Of a stretch of DNA of 62,750 bases, positions 8,684 through 17,634 are shown one piece after another. Each line of letters opens with the position of its first letter. Positions within the stretch are counted from its first letter, which is position 1. This stretch comes from Candidatus Undinarchaeales archaeon. Lineage in GTDB: Archaea > SpSt-1190 > JASMDC01. The stretch is from NCBI GenBank assembly GCA_030753015.1, contig JASMDC010000019.1:1-62750 (forward strand). The letters run 5' to 3'. Made by a program: the position numbers and the translations under genes. The notes beneath the pieces are model-generated. The model saw nothing but the letters and a program-made list of their open reading frames with translations. It had not been told where the DNA came from and ran no database searches.

Positions 8684-9832
8684 ATGGTGACCATGGCCCC
8701 GATCCCGCCCACCTCGCCCCTGGTGCTCGTCCCGCTGCTGGCACTGGGCGCCATCACCTCCCTCACCGACATCAGGGAGGGCAAGATCAGGAACAAGCAC
8801 GTCTTCCCTTTCATCCTTCTGGGTATCCTCAGGATGCTCATCCTGGACACCCACGGTTACCTAGGCCTGCTGAACACGGGTATCGCCCTGGCCGCGGGAT
8901 TCGGGCTCTGGCACCTCAACCTCTGGAGCGCGGGCGACGCCAAGCTCTTCCTCGCCTTCGCTGCCCTCGTCCCTCTCAACGATCTGACCATGCAGTTCAA
9001 TCAGGTCTACTGGTTTCCCTCCTTCATGGTGCTGGTGAACACCTTCGTGCCGATGTTCGCGCTCATGCTCTTCCGACTGCTGTTCTTCACACCCCTGGCC
9101 ATGAAGACGATGCTCCTGCGACGCGTCCTCAAACCGGTCCAGGTGGTGAGCGTCGGGATGGCGCTCTTCGTGTTCATCTGGCTGGGCCGGGTGCTCATGG
9201 ACGCCCTCGGGCTCCCCCAGGTGTTCATCATCAACCTGCTCATCATGTTCGCCTGCATCGAGGTCATCGACCGGGTGGCACCGACGGGTGCGATGCCCGT
9301 GTACGCAGTCCTTTCGGTCGTCCGGCTCGCCGTGGACCCTGGTGTGTGGGAACCGGGCTTCATCGCCGCGTTCGGGACCCTCCTCATATCCTTCCTCCTG
9401 CTGCGCTACTTCGTCATCTACATGGGCCACCACTTCTACAGCACTCCCTGCGCTATCGACGAGCTCAAGCCCGGGATGATGCCCTCGGAAGGCATCGTCG
9501 AGAAGGACGGGAGGTACCACAAGGTGGAGCTCATCACCATCAACATCCTCTCTGCCATGCGCCTCAAGAAGCTCAAGCTGGCCTTCGAGATGCGGTCGAA
9601 GGGTCTCAACGAGGAGGAGGTCGAGCGCATCAAGAAGCTGGCAGAGGACGATAAGCTCCAGTTCGATGAGATCCTCGTCCAGCAGACCACGCCCTTCGCC
9701 CCCTTCATCTTCCTCGGCGCTCTCCTCACACTATATACCGGGGGCGATCCCGTGACCTACGTCAAGGTGGTCCATCCCGATCTCGTGCGCAGCATATTGC
9801 CAGCGGTCCTGGCACCCTACATCGGCCTCTAG
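8684..9832 (+). CDS. A24-family prepilin/preflagellin peptidase homolog (long form with a C-terminal extension), PibD/EppA-like
   Basis: A catalytic Asp motif (SLTDIREGKIRN) lies near the N-terminus, and a second Asp motif (WSAGDAKLF, GxGDxK-like) is present. The protein is polytopic. It is divergent from the giant Cys-rich surface-protein gene. Confidence 0.6.
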   Translation: MVTMAPIPPTSPLVLVPLLALGAITSLTDIREGKIRNKHVFPFILLGILRMLILDTHGYLGLLNTGIALAAGFGLWHLNLWSAGDAKLFLAFAALVPLNDLTMQFNQVYWFPSFMVLVNTFVPMFALMLFRLLFFTPLAMKTMLLRRVLKPVQVVSVGMALFVFIWLGRVLMDALGLPQVFIINLLIMFACIEVIDRVAPTGAMPVYAVLSVVRLAVDPGVWEPGFIAAFGTLLISFLLLRYFVIYMGHHFYSTPCAIDELKPGMMPSEGIVEKDGRYHKVELITINILSAMRLKKLKLAFEMRSKGLNEEEVERIKKLAEDDKLQFDEILVQQTTPFAPFIFLGALLTLYTGGDPVTYVKVVHPDLVRSILPAVLAPYIGL

Positions 9833-9835
9833 GGA

Positions 9836-10771
9836 CTACGACCGGTCCCCGGGGAGCCGCACCTGCCGTCGTACAGGCCGCAGTTCGTCGGTGCCGTAGA
9901 GTCGGGCGTACTCATTCCAGACGCCCTCGCACCGTGGCTCGAGGGTGCACTCGCTACATCGTGGCCCTTTCACCTTCCCACTACGTCGCTCGGGGAGGAA
10001 GTCCCGCGACTCGTACCCGGGCTCGCGCAGCTCGACCTCGGCGGGCAGGTGGAGCTCGATGGCGTTGGCCTCCCTGCCGGGGACAGCGCAGAATGGGACC
10101 GCCTCGTAGTATGCCGTGCGACCGGCCCCTTCCACCACGTCAATAGCCTCGGCCAGGGGACGGGCCAGCTCGCTCAGGCGCGGTACCACGGCCTCGGCGT
10201 CGTCCAGAGCGTTGCCGTCGGGGTGGACGTTGGCGAACTGCACCTGATGGACACCCGCTGCGACCAGCACGCGAGCGATGGCCGACAGCCGGTCGGCGTT
10301 GAGGCGCGTGATGACTGTGTTGGTGAGCACGCGGGCTCCGGCCTCCACAAGGTTGCGGATGCCGCCCATGGTCTGCTCAAAGCCCCCGGGCGCGCAGGTT
10401 ATCGCATCATGGAGCGCTGCAGTATCACCATGTACGGCCACCTCCACCTCATCGACGAGCTCGGCCACGCTCTTGGCGAGGTCCGGGTAGGCGAGCATGC
10501 GCCCGTTGGTCTGGAGGAGCACGCTCAGGCCAAGGTCCTTGGCCGCACGTAGTACGTCGATGATGTCGTCGCGGATGGTGGGCTCGCCCCCAGTGATGAT
10601 GGCGAGCGTGGCGCCGTTGGCAGCGGCCTCGGCAAGCTCCTTGCGCAGCTCGGCCAAGGTGCGGTCAGGCACACCGCGCTGTCGGTGATGCGCGACCACG
10701 CAGTGTCGGCAGTTGTTGTTGCATGCGTAACCGACCTTTACGGCCGCGATGCGGAGGGGGGCGCTCGCCAC
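9836..10771 (-). CDS. Radical SAM protein with a C-terminal SPASM/twitch-like Cys cluster
   Basis: It has CNNNCRHC (Cx3Cx2C) near the N-terminus, GGEPT and QTNG core motifs, and a C-terminal CSECTLEPRC. It lies 4 nt downstream of the other radical SAM gene on the same strand. Confidence 0.7.
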   Translation of the reverse strand: MASAPLRIAAVKVGYACNNNCRHCVVAHHRQRGVPDRTLAELRKELAEAAANGATLAIITGGEPTIRDDIIDVLRAAKDLGLSVLLQTNGRMLAYPDLAKSVAELVDEVEVAVHGDTAALHDAITCAPGGFEQTMGGIRNLVEAGARVLTNTVITRLNADRLSAIARVLVAAGVHQVQFANVHPDGNALDDAEAVVPRLSELARPLAEAIDVVEGAGRTAYYEAVPFCAVPGREANAIELHLPAEVELREPGYESRDFLPERRSGKVKGPRCSECTLEPRCEGVWNEYARLYGTDELRPVRRQVRLPGDRS

Positions 10772-10775
10772 CTGC

Positions 10776-12152
10776 TCACTCCTCGGGATCCGGACTGCTC
10801 CCTTGCAGGGTGTCCCCTTCCTTGCGTGCCATGCTGCGTATCCGTCGCTCTCGGGCCATGTTTCCCAGGCACATACCGACGGTGCCCTTGGTGGTCAGCT
10901 GGTGCACCGAGCACCGCCGTGCCCTCTCATACTCGAAGTTGTCCGGGTTGCACAACGCCCCGATCTCGAGGAAGATAATGCGGGGGGAGAGGTGGAACGC
11001 GCGCAGTGGCCTGCGTAGGAGGATCCCCAGTGCGAGCGAGGCGACGTTGAGCAGGAGGCCAAGGGTTCGCGGGCGCAGGGAGTGTGCGATGGCACGTGTC
11101 AGGAAGTAGGGCGTGGCCAACCAGCTCCCTCGCTCCCGCATGTCCCTGAACCGCTCGAGGGCGGGCTCGAGCCCGTCCAGTTCGAGGACCTCGTTGATCG
11201 TGGAATATTTTCCGTCGCGGTCTCGCAGCAGGAAGAACAGGTACTCGTTGGAGCACCAGCGCTGGGAGATAATGTTGAACAGCGAGTAGAGGAGCTTGTG
11301 GAACTGGAGGATCGTGCCGTTGGAGATGCGCCCGTCGGTCTGCTCGGCGAATATGTCGAGCAGCTCGTCGCCGCGTAGGCTCTTGGAGTGATCCAGCCCG
11401 GCCGAGCCCATCTCCACATAGGACTTGATGGCGATGCCCCGGACGAACGGATGCTCCACGGCATAGTCGATAATGCGGGGGATCTCGTCCTCGTTCAGTC
11501 CACGGGCGATGGTGGCCTCCAGCACCGTCGGGATGCCCAGCTCGCACAGGTTCTCGAGCGTTCTGCGCTTGATCGTGGCCATGTCACACTCGCGCATCGT
11601 CCGGTACACATCGTCGTCGAAACCGTCGAACTGGAGGTGCACCTCATGGAGCCCCGCCTCGGTGAGGGACCGAAGGTACGACATCTCGGCGATAGCCTTC
11701 CCGTTCGTGAAGAGCACGGGCACGTTGCCCGTATCACGGATGACCCGCACGATCTCGGGCAGGTCGTCGCGCACCGTGGGCTCTCCCCCAAAGAGGCTGA
11801 TGCGCTTGCCCTGCATCCCGTCCATCTTCTCCTTGATGAACTTGAGCGACGGCTCATCCCACAATCCCGCCGATGCACGGGTGAAGCAGATGGGACAGGC
11901 CATGTTGCACTTTGGCGTTATGTAGAAAATGTAGCTATCGTGGCTGTGCTCGGGAAGGTCCCAGATGAGAGTGGTGAAGAAGCGGTAGAGCTCACGGTAC
12001 TCTTGCGGATGGCGCGAGAGCACGACGGAGAAGTCGCCGTGCTCGGGGCATGTCTTCTCCATGTACACGCCCTCGTCGTCCACCCTCACTACGGCGTCCA
12101 CGGGGTCGCAGCATACGGGGCAGACGCTCTGGACCTCACGGAGCGTGTCCAC
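10776..12152 (-). CDS. Radical SAM protein with an N-terminal Zn-ribbon/rubredoxin-like Cys motif
   Basis: A TTTTTAAA box at 12176-12184 lies about 25 nt before an in-frame GTG at 12152, which I take as the likely leaderless start (the ORF track extends to 12608). The N-terminus has CPVCC...CPEH, followed by a CNMACPIC cluster. The product is about 459 aa. Confidence 0.6.
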   Translation of the reverse strand: MDTLREVQSVCPVCCDPVDAVVRVDDEGVYMEKTCPEHGDFSVVLSRHPQEYRELYRFFTTLIWDLPEHSHDSYIFYITPKCNMACPICFTRASAGLWDEPSLKFIKEKMDGMQGKRISLFGGEPTVRDDLPEIVRVIRDTGNVPVLFTNGKAIAEMSYLRSLTEAGLHEVHLQFDGFDDDVYRTMRECDMATIKRRTLENLCELGIPTVLEATIARGLNEDEIPRIIDYAVEHPFVRGIAIKSYVEMGSAGLDHSKSLRGDELLDIFAEQTDGRISNGTILQFHKLLYSLFNIISQRWCSNEYLFFLLRDRDGKYSTINEVLELDGLEPALERFRDMRERGSWLATPYFLTRAIAHSLRPRTLGLLLNVASLALGILLRRPLRAFHLSPRIIFLEIGALCNPDNFEYERARRCSVHQLTTKGTVGMCLGNMARERRIRSMARKEGDTLQGSSPDPEE

Positions 12153-12284
12153 GGGCGCCGGTGAGCCTTCGATGTTTAAAAAGAGATTGGTTAACGGGCC
12201 CGCGGGCGCCAGTTTGTACCCTGCTGACGTGGCGCACGTTCTCTTCGGGAACGTAGATAAACCTATCGAAAGCCCCCCCAAGGT

Positions 12285-13430
12285 ATGAAGGTCAATCTCG
12301 CCAGGAAGATGAACGGCATCAAGCCTTCCGATATACGCCGTCTCTTCGACCTTGCACAGGGGATGCCAGGGGTCATCAGCCTCGGCATCGGCGAGCCCGA
12401 CTTCGGAACCCCGGACCACATCCGGGAGGCCGCAAAGCGCGCCATCGACGAGGAGCGGATCTGCTACACACCGAACGCAGGTATCGCTGCCCTGCGCGAG
12501 GCACTGGCGGACAAGTACGGCCGTGAGGGCATGGTGTACGACTCGTCCAGCGAGGTCCTCATCACAGCCGGTGCGACCGAGGCGGTGTCCACCGCCATCC
12601 TCGGCCACGTCAAGACCGGAGACGAGGTCATTGTCCCCGATCCCGCTTTCCTCATCTACACTCCCCTCGTCCAGCTCGCTGGTGGGACGCCGAAGTACCT
12701 TCCCCTCCTGGCCGAGGACGGTTACCGGTTCGACGCCGACCGTCTTGCCGAGCAGGTCAACAAGAAGACCCGGATGATCGTGGTGAACTACCCGTGCAAT
12801 CCCACGGGCATGACCATGGGCACCTCCGACCTGAGGGCTATCGCCGAGATCGCCGAGGACAATGGGACGATCCTGCTATCCGACGAGGTGTACGACCGCC
12901 TCACCTTCGACGGTAAGCGCCACGTGAGCATGGGCACTATCACCGACAACGCCATCGTCATCAACTCGTTCTCCAAGACGTACGCCATGACAGGGTTCAG
13001 AGTGGGCTACGCCCTGGGCCGACGTGAGCTCATCGGCCCCATGCTGCGTGTGCACCAGTTCAACGTCGCATCGCTCACCGTCCCCTCGCAGCACGCTGCC
13101 CTGGCAGCTGCGACCGGTCCCGATGACTGTGTCGAGCACATGTGTGCCGAGTACGAAGCGCGGCGCAACCTTCTGGTGCGCGAGCTAGATAACTTGCAAG
13201 GGGTCTCCTACCTCGTCCCCGAGGGTGCCTTCTACTTCTACCTGGACGTCAGCGATACGGGAATGACAGGACTGGAGTTCTCCGAGCGCATGCTCAAGGA
13301 GGCGCTGGTAGTCGTTGTCCCAGGAAATGCCTTCGGTGACGTAGGCCACCACCACGTCCGAATTTCTTACGCTGCGTCCAGCGAACGCCTCATGGAAGCG
13401 TGCGAGCGGATGCGCCACGTGCTGGAGTGA
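12285..13430 (+). CDS. Class I/II PLP-dependent aminotransferase (aspartate/aromatic aminotransferase-like)
   Basis: It has a typical AAT fold with conserved SFSKTYAMTGFRVGY (Lys-PLP region). A TATA-like AGATAAAC lies about 25 nt upstream of the ATG. Confidence 0.85.
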   Translation: MKVNLARKMNGIKPSDIRRLFDLAQGMPGVISLGIGEPDFGTPDHIREAAKRAIDEERICYTPNAGIAALREALADKYGREGMVYDSSSEVLITAGATEAVSTAILGHVKTGDEVIVPDPAFLIYTPLVQLAGGTPKYLPLLAEDGYRFDADRLAEQVNKKTRMIVVNYPCNPTGMTMGTSDLRAIAEIAEDNGTILLSDEVYDRLTFDGKRHVSMGTITDNAIVINSFSKTYAMTGFRVGYALGRRELIGPMLRVHQFNVASLTVPSQHAALAAATGPDDCVEHMCAEYEARRNLLVRELDNLQGVSYLVPEGAFYFYLDVSDTGMTGLEFSERMLKEALVVVVPGNAFGDVGHHHVRISYAASSERLMEACERMRHVLE

Positions 13431-13444
13431 GCGAGCGGCTGCCA

Positions 13445-14900
13445 AAAGTTGGTGAACTACCCCTCTCCAAGTAGAGATGCTATGAAAATTATTGAACCAC
13501 CGTGTTGCCTTACCTCAGCAAAAGAGGTGACGCAAGATGAAGCACGGACACCAAACAGCACAGAACCTACAGATCGAGTACGAACAACTAACAACCCAGG
13601 AGCTGCACAAGAGATACAGGTACTTCATTGCCAAGGACGTGCACAAGAGGAGCACCACATACAATGTGCGGGACAGGATGGGCACCATCCTGGACCATGG
13701 TGAGACGGCCACGGACTACCAGGACCTCCATGACCGGCTCGAGCCATATCTTGACTCGGCGCTGATCGTGATGGAGGCGAGCACGAGCTACTACAAGCTC
13801 TACCAGGCATTCCTGGAGAACGGCTACGACGTTGTCGTCGCGAACACCATCAAGATACGGTCGCTTTTCCCCAAGGATGACAATATCGACGCTAGGAGGC
13901 TGTCGGACATGCTGCGCTTGGGATCGGTCCCGATCTCGTTCATCCCCGGTCCTGAGACCCAGCACCTGCGGAAGCTGGTCCGGACCAGACACTCCCTGAT
14001 GCAGGAGAAGGTCCGATGGAACAACCGCATCCAGGCACTTATCGACCTAGAGGGACTTAGGATGCCGCCCTTCAATGCCTTCACCAAGACCTGGACCCGG
14101 GCACTCGTCACGTACCTTGAAAGACCGAATGCCAGCTACGAGCTCAAACACACGTTCACGCACTATACCCGGGTGGAGCGACACCTCGAAGAGATCTCAA
14201 AGGAGATGCTCAGGTACACCGTCGAGCACTGGCGAGAAGAGTACGAGTTCCTCCAAACGATCCCCGGGATGGGGCGCATCACTGGATGCTACGTGATCGC
14301 CGATGTCCTGCCCATCGAACGGTTCGCAGTGAAGAAGGGACAGAAGAGTCTGAGACGGTACGTTGGTGTCGTCCCTGCGTTCAGCTCGTCGGGCGATTCC
14401 GTTTCTCAGGGCAGGATCCCAAAAGGGTCGAGCCGGAAGCTGCTTCGCTGGGCACTCGTTGAGGCAGCTAATGCAATAACAAGGACGAAAACCAAACTTG
14501 CTCAGTTCTACAAGATGAAGAAGAAGCAGAAGAAGTGTTCCGGAAAGGCCAAGATCGCCTTGGCTCACAAACTCTCAGATATCATCTATCACGTTCTTAC
14601 GACCAAGAAGCCATACGTGGCATCATGAACTGGAGGTATGAATGAAAGACCGATGAAGGCATGGAGGTGGTAAGGCACGCTGCCCTTGAAGCCCGTGTGT
14701 ATAATACACTCAGTAGAGAGTGGGCAGCCAATGACTCCACATAGTGGGCCAACACGTTAGGAGCGTGCCAGTACCCTGATCGGAGAATGTCGTCAAAGGG
14801 CCTTACCACCAAAATGTCTAAATAGGAGGACGCATATAAATGTAACGAGGGACGCAACACGGGACCGGATGGGGAGAAAAAACAAATCTGATTCCCTCTC
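13445..14900 (+). mobile_element. IS110-family insertion sequence (boundaries approximate)
   Basis: GC content drops relative to the flanks. The element carries a DEDD-type transposase gene plus long noncoding ends, as is usual for IS110. I could not identify TIRs. Confidence 0.5.
13537..14628 (+). CDS. IS110-family transposase
   Basis: It has an N-terminal DEDD region (YFIAKDVHKRST resembles VGIDVHK) and a C-terminal domain typical of the IS110/IS1111 family. Codon usage is lower-GC than the surroundings. Confidence 0.75.
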   Translation: MKHGHQTAQNLQIEYEQLTTQELHKRYRYFIAKDVHKRSTTYNVRDRMGTILDHGETATDYQDLHDRLEPYLDSALIVMEASTSYYKLYQAFLENGYDVVVANTIKIRSLFPKDDNIDARRLSDMLRLGSVPISFIPGPETQHLRKLVRTRHSLMQEKVRWNNRIQALIDLEGLRMPPFNAFTKTWTRALVTYLERPNASYELKHTFTHYTRVERHLEEISKEMLRYTVEHWREEYEFLQTIPGMGRITGCYVIADVLPIERFAVKKGQKSLRRYVGVVPAFSSSGDSVSQGRIPKGSSRKLLRWALVEAANAITRTKTKLAQFYKMKKKQKKCSGKAKIALAHKLSDIIYHVLTTKKPYVAS

Positions 14901-14949
14901 TGGCCTAAATAATTTTCATAGGAGGGGCTTCCCGCTTCGACGCTGTTCC

Positions 14950-15035
14950 CAGCTTCACGGGCGCATCGGGTGGTCCCCACCCTGATCGATCCTGAATGTT
15001 GATCGCAGCGTTCAGGTCACGGTCGATGATAAGAC
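14950..15035 (-). pseudogene. Remnant of the 3' end of an IS200/IS605-family tnpB (OrfB)
   Basis: The minus-strand translation is ...LIIDRDLNAAINIQDRSGWGPP. DRDLNAAINI is the hallmark C-terminal TnpB motif. There is no upstream Zn-finger or RuvC part. Confidence 0.35.
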
Positions 15036-15080
15036 CTCTCGGAAGAGGACGTCCCGCCGAAACAAAAAAAGAGTTAAAGA
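15036..15080 (+). promoter_or_regulatory. Conserved promoter-like element, copy 2 (CGGAAGAGGACGTCCCGCCGAAACAAAAAAAGAGTTAAAG)
   Basis: The TTAAA at 15075-15079 is 24-28 nt before the ATG at 15103. Confidence 0.55.
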
Positions 15081-15102
15081 TTAGCGCCTTCGGTAGAAGG
15101 TA

Positions 15103-16158
15103 ATGGTGGCACGTGCCAGCGACGCCAAGGCGATCCTCGGCCGGCTGCGGCCCCCTGTGGAGGAGGAGCTCAGGACCGTCATCGGCCTCCGCCCCGAGGT
15201 CTCTAGCCTCTACCGCCTCATGCAGTACCACATGCGCTGGCTGGACTACGACAAGGATACGGGCGAGTTCACGGTGTCCACCGCCTCTGGTGGGAAGCGC
15301 TTCAGGCCGATCATGTGCCTGCTCACCACGTCGGCGCTTGGGGGCGACATGGACACGGCCATCCCCGCGGGTGCCTCACTCGAGCTCATCCATAACTTCT
15401 CGCTCATCTTCGACGATATCCAGGACAACGATGAGCTACGCCGGTTCCGACCGAGCATCTGGGCAGTGATCGGGAAGCCCCGTGCCCTCAACATCGGGGC
15501 TGGGATGCACAGCCTGGTGAACGTAGCCTCCCTGCGCCTCCGTGACAAGGGCGTGCCGGCCGACACAATACTGGACATCATGGACGTGCTCTCCCAGTCA
15601 ATCATCGAGCTCTTCGAGGGCCAGGAGATGGACCTGAGCTTCGAGGAACGGGATGATGTGGCTGTCGAGGAGTACATCACCATGGTGGGCAAGAAGACGG
15701 CTGCCTTGGTGGAGGCCTCGTGCGCTACCGGGGCCATACTCGCCACAAATGACAAGGGGAAGGTCGACCTGCTGGCCACCTTCGGCCGTTCCATCGGCAT
15801 CGCGTTCCAGATCCAGGACGACGTGCTCGGCATCTGGAAGGATCCCAAGAAGATGGGTACTCCCCTTGGGAGCGACATCCGCAACCACAAGAAGTCCTTG
15901 CCGATTATCTATGCGCTCAACAACGCTTCGAAGAAGGACCGCAAGCTCGTCCTCGTGGCCTACCACAAGGAGCAGATGAGCGACGAGGACGTCAAGGCCG
16001 TAATGGACGTGCTGGAGCGCTGCAGCGCCCGCGAGTACGCCGAGAGCGTGGCCGAGGAGTACGCGAAGAAGGGAATGGCCGCGCTGGACACGGCAGGGCT
16101 CTCCGATGACGCCGAGCTGCGCACCATCGCCCGGTTCCTCATCCACCGCGAGTTCTGA
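15103..16158 (+). CDS. idsA: Trans-polyprenyl diphosphate synthase (geranylgeranyl diphosphate synthase-like)
   Basis: There are two DDxxD motifs (FDDIQDND; IQDDVLGIWKD) within a polyprenyl synthetase fold. Confidence 0.85.
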   Translation: MVARASDAKAILGRLRPPVEEELRTVIGLRPEVSSLYRLMQYHMRWLDYDKDTGEFTVSTASGGKRFRPIMCLLTTSALGGDMDTAIPAGASLELIHNFSLIFDDIQDNDELRRFRPSIWAVIGKPRALNIGAGMHSLVNVASLRLRDKGVPADTILDIMDVLSQSIIELFEGQEMDLSFEERDDVAVEEYITMVGKKTAALVEASCATGAILATNDKGKVDLLATFGRSIGIAFQIQDDVLGIWKDPKKMGTPLGSDIRNHKKSLPIIYALNNASKKDRKLVLVAYHKEQMSDEDVKAVMDVLERCSAREYAESVAEEYAKKGMAALDTAGLSDDAELRTIARFLIHREF

Positions 16159-16201
16159 GCCCACCCAAATCCTTATCAAGCACGCTTTCCTAGCTTCGTC
16201 C

Positions 16202-16807
16202 ATGCCACGGGTCAAGGCGGTGCTCTTCGACATGGACGGGACACTGGTCGATTCGTCCGACGCCTGGTTCGCCCTCTTCAACCGCGCCAGGGAGCGCTTC
16301 GGGAAGGCGCCCGTGTCCCGCGAGGTGTTCGACCGCGATGTGTGGGGCTGTCCGTTCGAGGAGGAGCTCTGGATGTTCTTCCCCGACGTGGACGGGAAGG
16401 AGGTGCTAGAGTTCTACGAGGGGCATTATCTCGATGCTGCGGACCATCTTCGCCTCATCGAGGGTGTGGAGGAGGTGCTCGCAGCGCTCGCGGACCGGGA
16501 CATCCCGGCGGCCGTGGTCACGAACACCCATCGGCCGCTCGCCCTGAAGGTGCTCGGTCGGCTCGGGATTGCGCGATGGTTCAAGGACGTTGTAGGTGGC
16601 GACGAGGTCGAGCACGGGAAGCCCGCTCCGGACATGGTGCTGCTCGGTTGCGAACGCGTGGGCGTGGGGCCCGACGAGGCCCTGTTCGTGGGCGATACCG
16701 AAGCGGACGTGCAGGCCGGACAGGCCGCAGGGGTGATAACCCTGTGTCTCGGACCCCATGGCGAGAACAGGATCTCCTGCCCTAGGGACGCGCTGGATCA
16801 TCTATAA
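16202..16807 (+). CDS. HAD-superfamily hydrolase (phosphoglycolate/sugar phosphatase-like)
   Basis: Motif I is FDMDGTL, with GKPAPD and VGDTEADVQAG also present. The start is moved to the Met preceding motif I. A TATA-like TTATCAAG lies about 27 nt upstream. Confidence 0.75.
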   Translation: MPRVKAVLFDMDGTLVDSSDAWFALFNRARERFGKAPVSREVFDRDVWGCPFEEELWMFFPDVDGKEVLEFYEGHYLDAADHLRLIEGVEEVLAALADRDIPAAVVTNTHRPLALKVLGRLGIARWFKDVVGGDEVEHGKPAPDMVLLGCERVGVGPDEALFVGDTEADVQAGQAAGVITLCLGPHGENRISCPRDALDHL

Positions 16808-16893
16808 GCATGAATAAGGATTATCGCCCCTTTGAGAAATGGGACCCGTCCGGGACAAACGTTCTTCCTCATTATGGGTGGGCCCGTAGTGCT

Positions 16894-17634
16894 CTAAACT
16901 CCCTCGATCTCCGCATCGATGCGCTGCATGTCCTTGATGAGGTCGCGGCGCACCTGGCGAGCGTACCGGTTGTGACGGTGGATGTCCAGCATCAGCTCGT
17001 GGGAGTCGTTCCTGACGATCGCAACGAGCTTGAGGAACATGTCATGGGTCGGGGTCTTGAGCTCGACGCACTCCACGTCGATGTCCTCCAACGACTTGCC
17101 CAGGAAGTGGACGAGAGTGAGTGAGTGGGCCATCTGGCGGTCGTGCTCCGCGGGCTCCACCACCATGGGAACTATACCGAAGGCACGCAGGAAGTCGATG
17201 AACCGCTCGAGCTCGCCAGGCCGGGTGCGGACCGGGCAGATGGCCATGAGCCGTCCCTCGAGCGAGGTAGAGGCGCTGTCGGGGCCGAAGAGGGGATGGG
17301 TGCCGATGCACGAGCAGTGTTCGGGCACGAACCGTTCCATGGCCGCTATGGGCCCCTCCTTCACCGAGCACACTTCGATGATGATGGCGCCCTCTGTGAA
17401 GTGCGGTGCCAGCGCGGTCAGGCTCCCCTCGAACTTGGAGATGGGAACGGCGAACACCACGGCGTCACAGGCCGCGCACTCCTCCGCAGTTGCCCACTTC
17501 ACCCCCTGTTCCCGGGCCTTCGCGCTGCGGTCCTCGATATCGTACACCAGGATGTCCAGTATGCCCCGAAGATAATGGGCGACTAGTTGGCCGAAACGGC
17601 CGAATCCGATGATGCCCAGGTGCTGGGGCCTCAC
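16894..17634 (-). CDS. tyrA: Prephenate dehydrogenase
   Basis: It has an IIGFGRFGQ NAD-binding motif and the PDH fold. A GTG start is chosen just before the Rossmann motif. Confidence 0.7.
   Translation of the reverse strand: MRPQHLGIIGFGRFGQLVAHYLRGILDILVYDIEDRSAKAREQGVKWATAEECAACDAVVFAVPISKFEGSLTALAPHFTEGAIIIEVCSVKEGPIAAMERFVPEHCSCIGTHPLFGPDSASTSLEGRLMAICPVRTRPGELERFIDFLRAFGIVPMVVEPAEHDRQMAHSLTLVHFLGKSLEDIDVECVELKTPTHDMFLKLVAIVRNDSHELMLDIHRHNRYARQVRRDLIKDMQRIDAEIEGV

Noticed and set aside
10776-12608. 610-aa version of the radical SAM ORF starting at ATG 12608
   Set aside because: The extra 150 aa are low-complexity and overlap the aminotransferase promoter. A TATA box plus in-frame GTG at 12152 directly precedes the Zn-ribbon and radical SAM domains.
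14905-15231. 108-aa minus-strand ORF overlapping the idsA start and promoter element
   Set aside because: Only the DRDLNAAINI stretch looks like a real TnpB remnant. The rest of the ORF reads through the conserved promoter element and the idsA 5' end.
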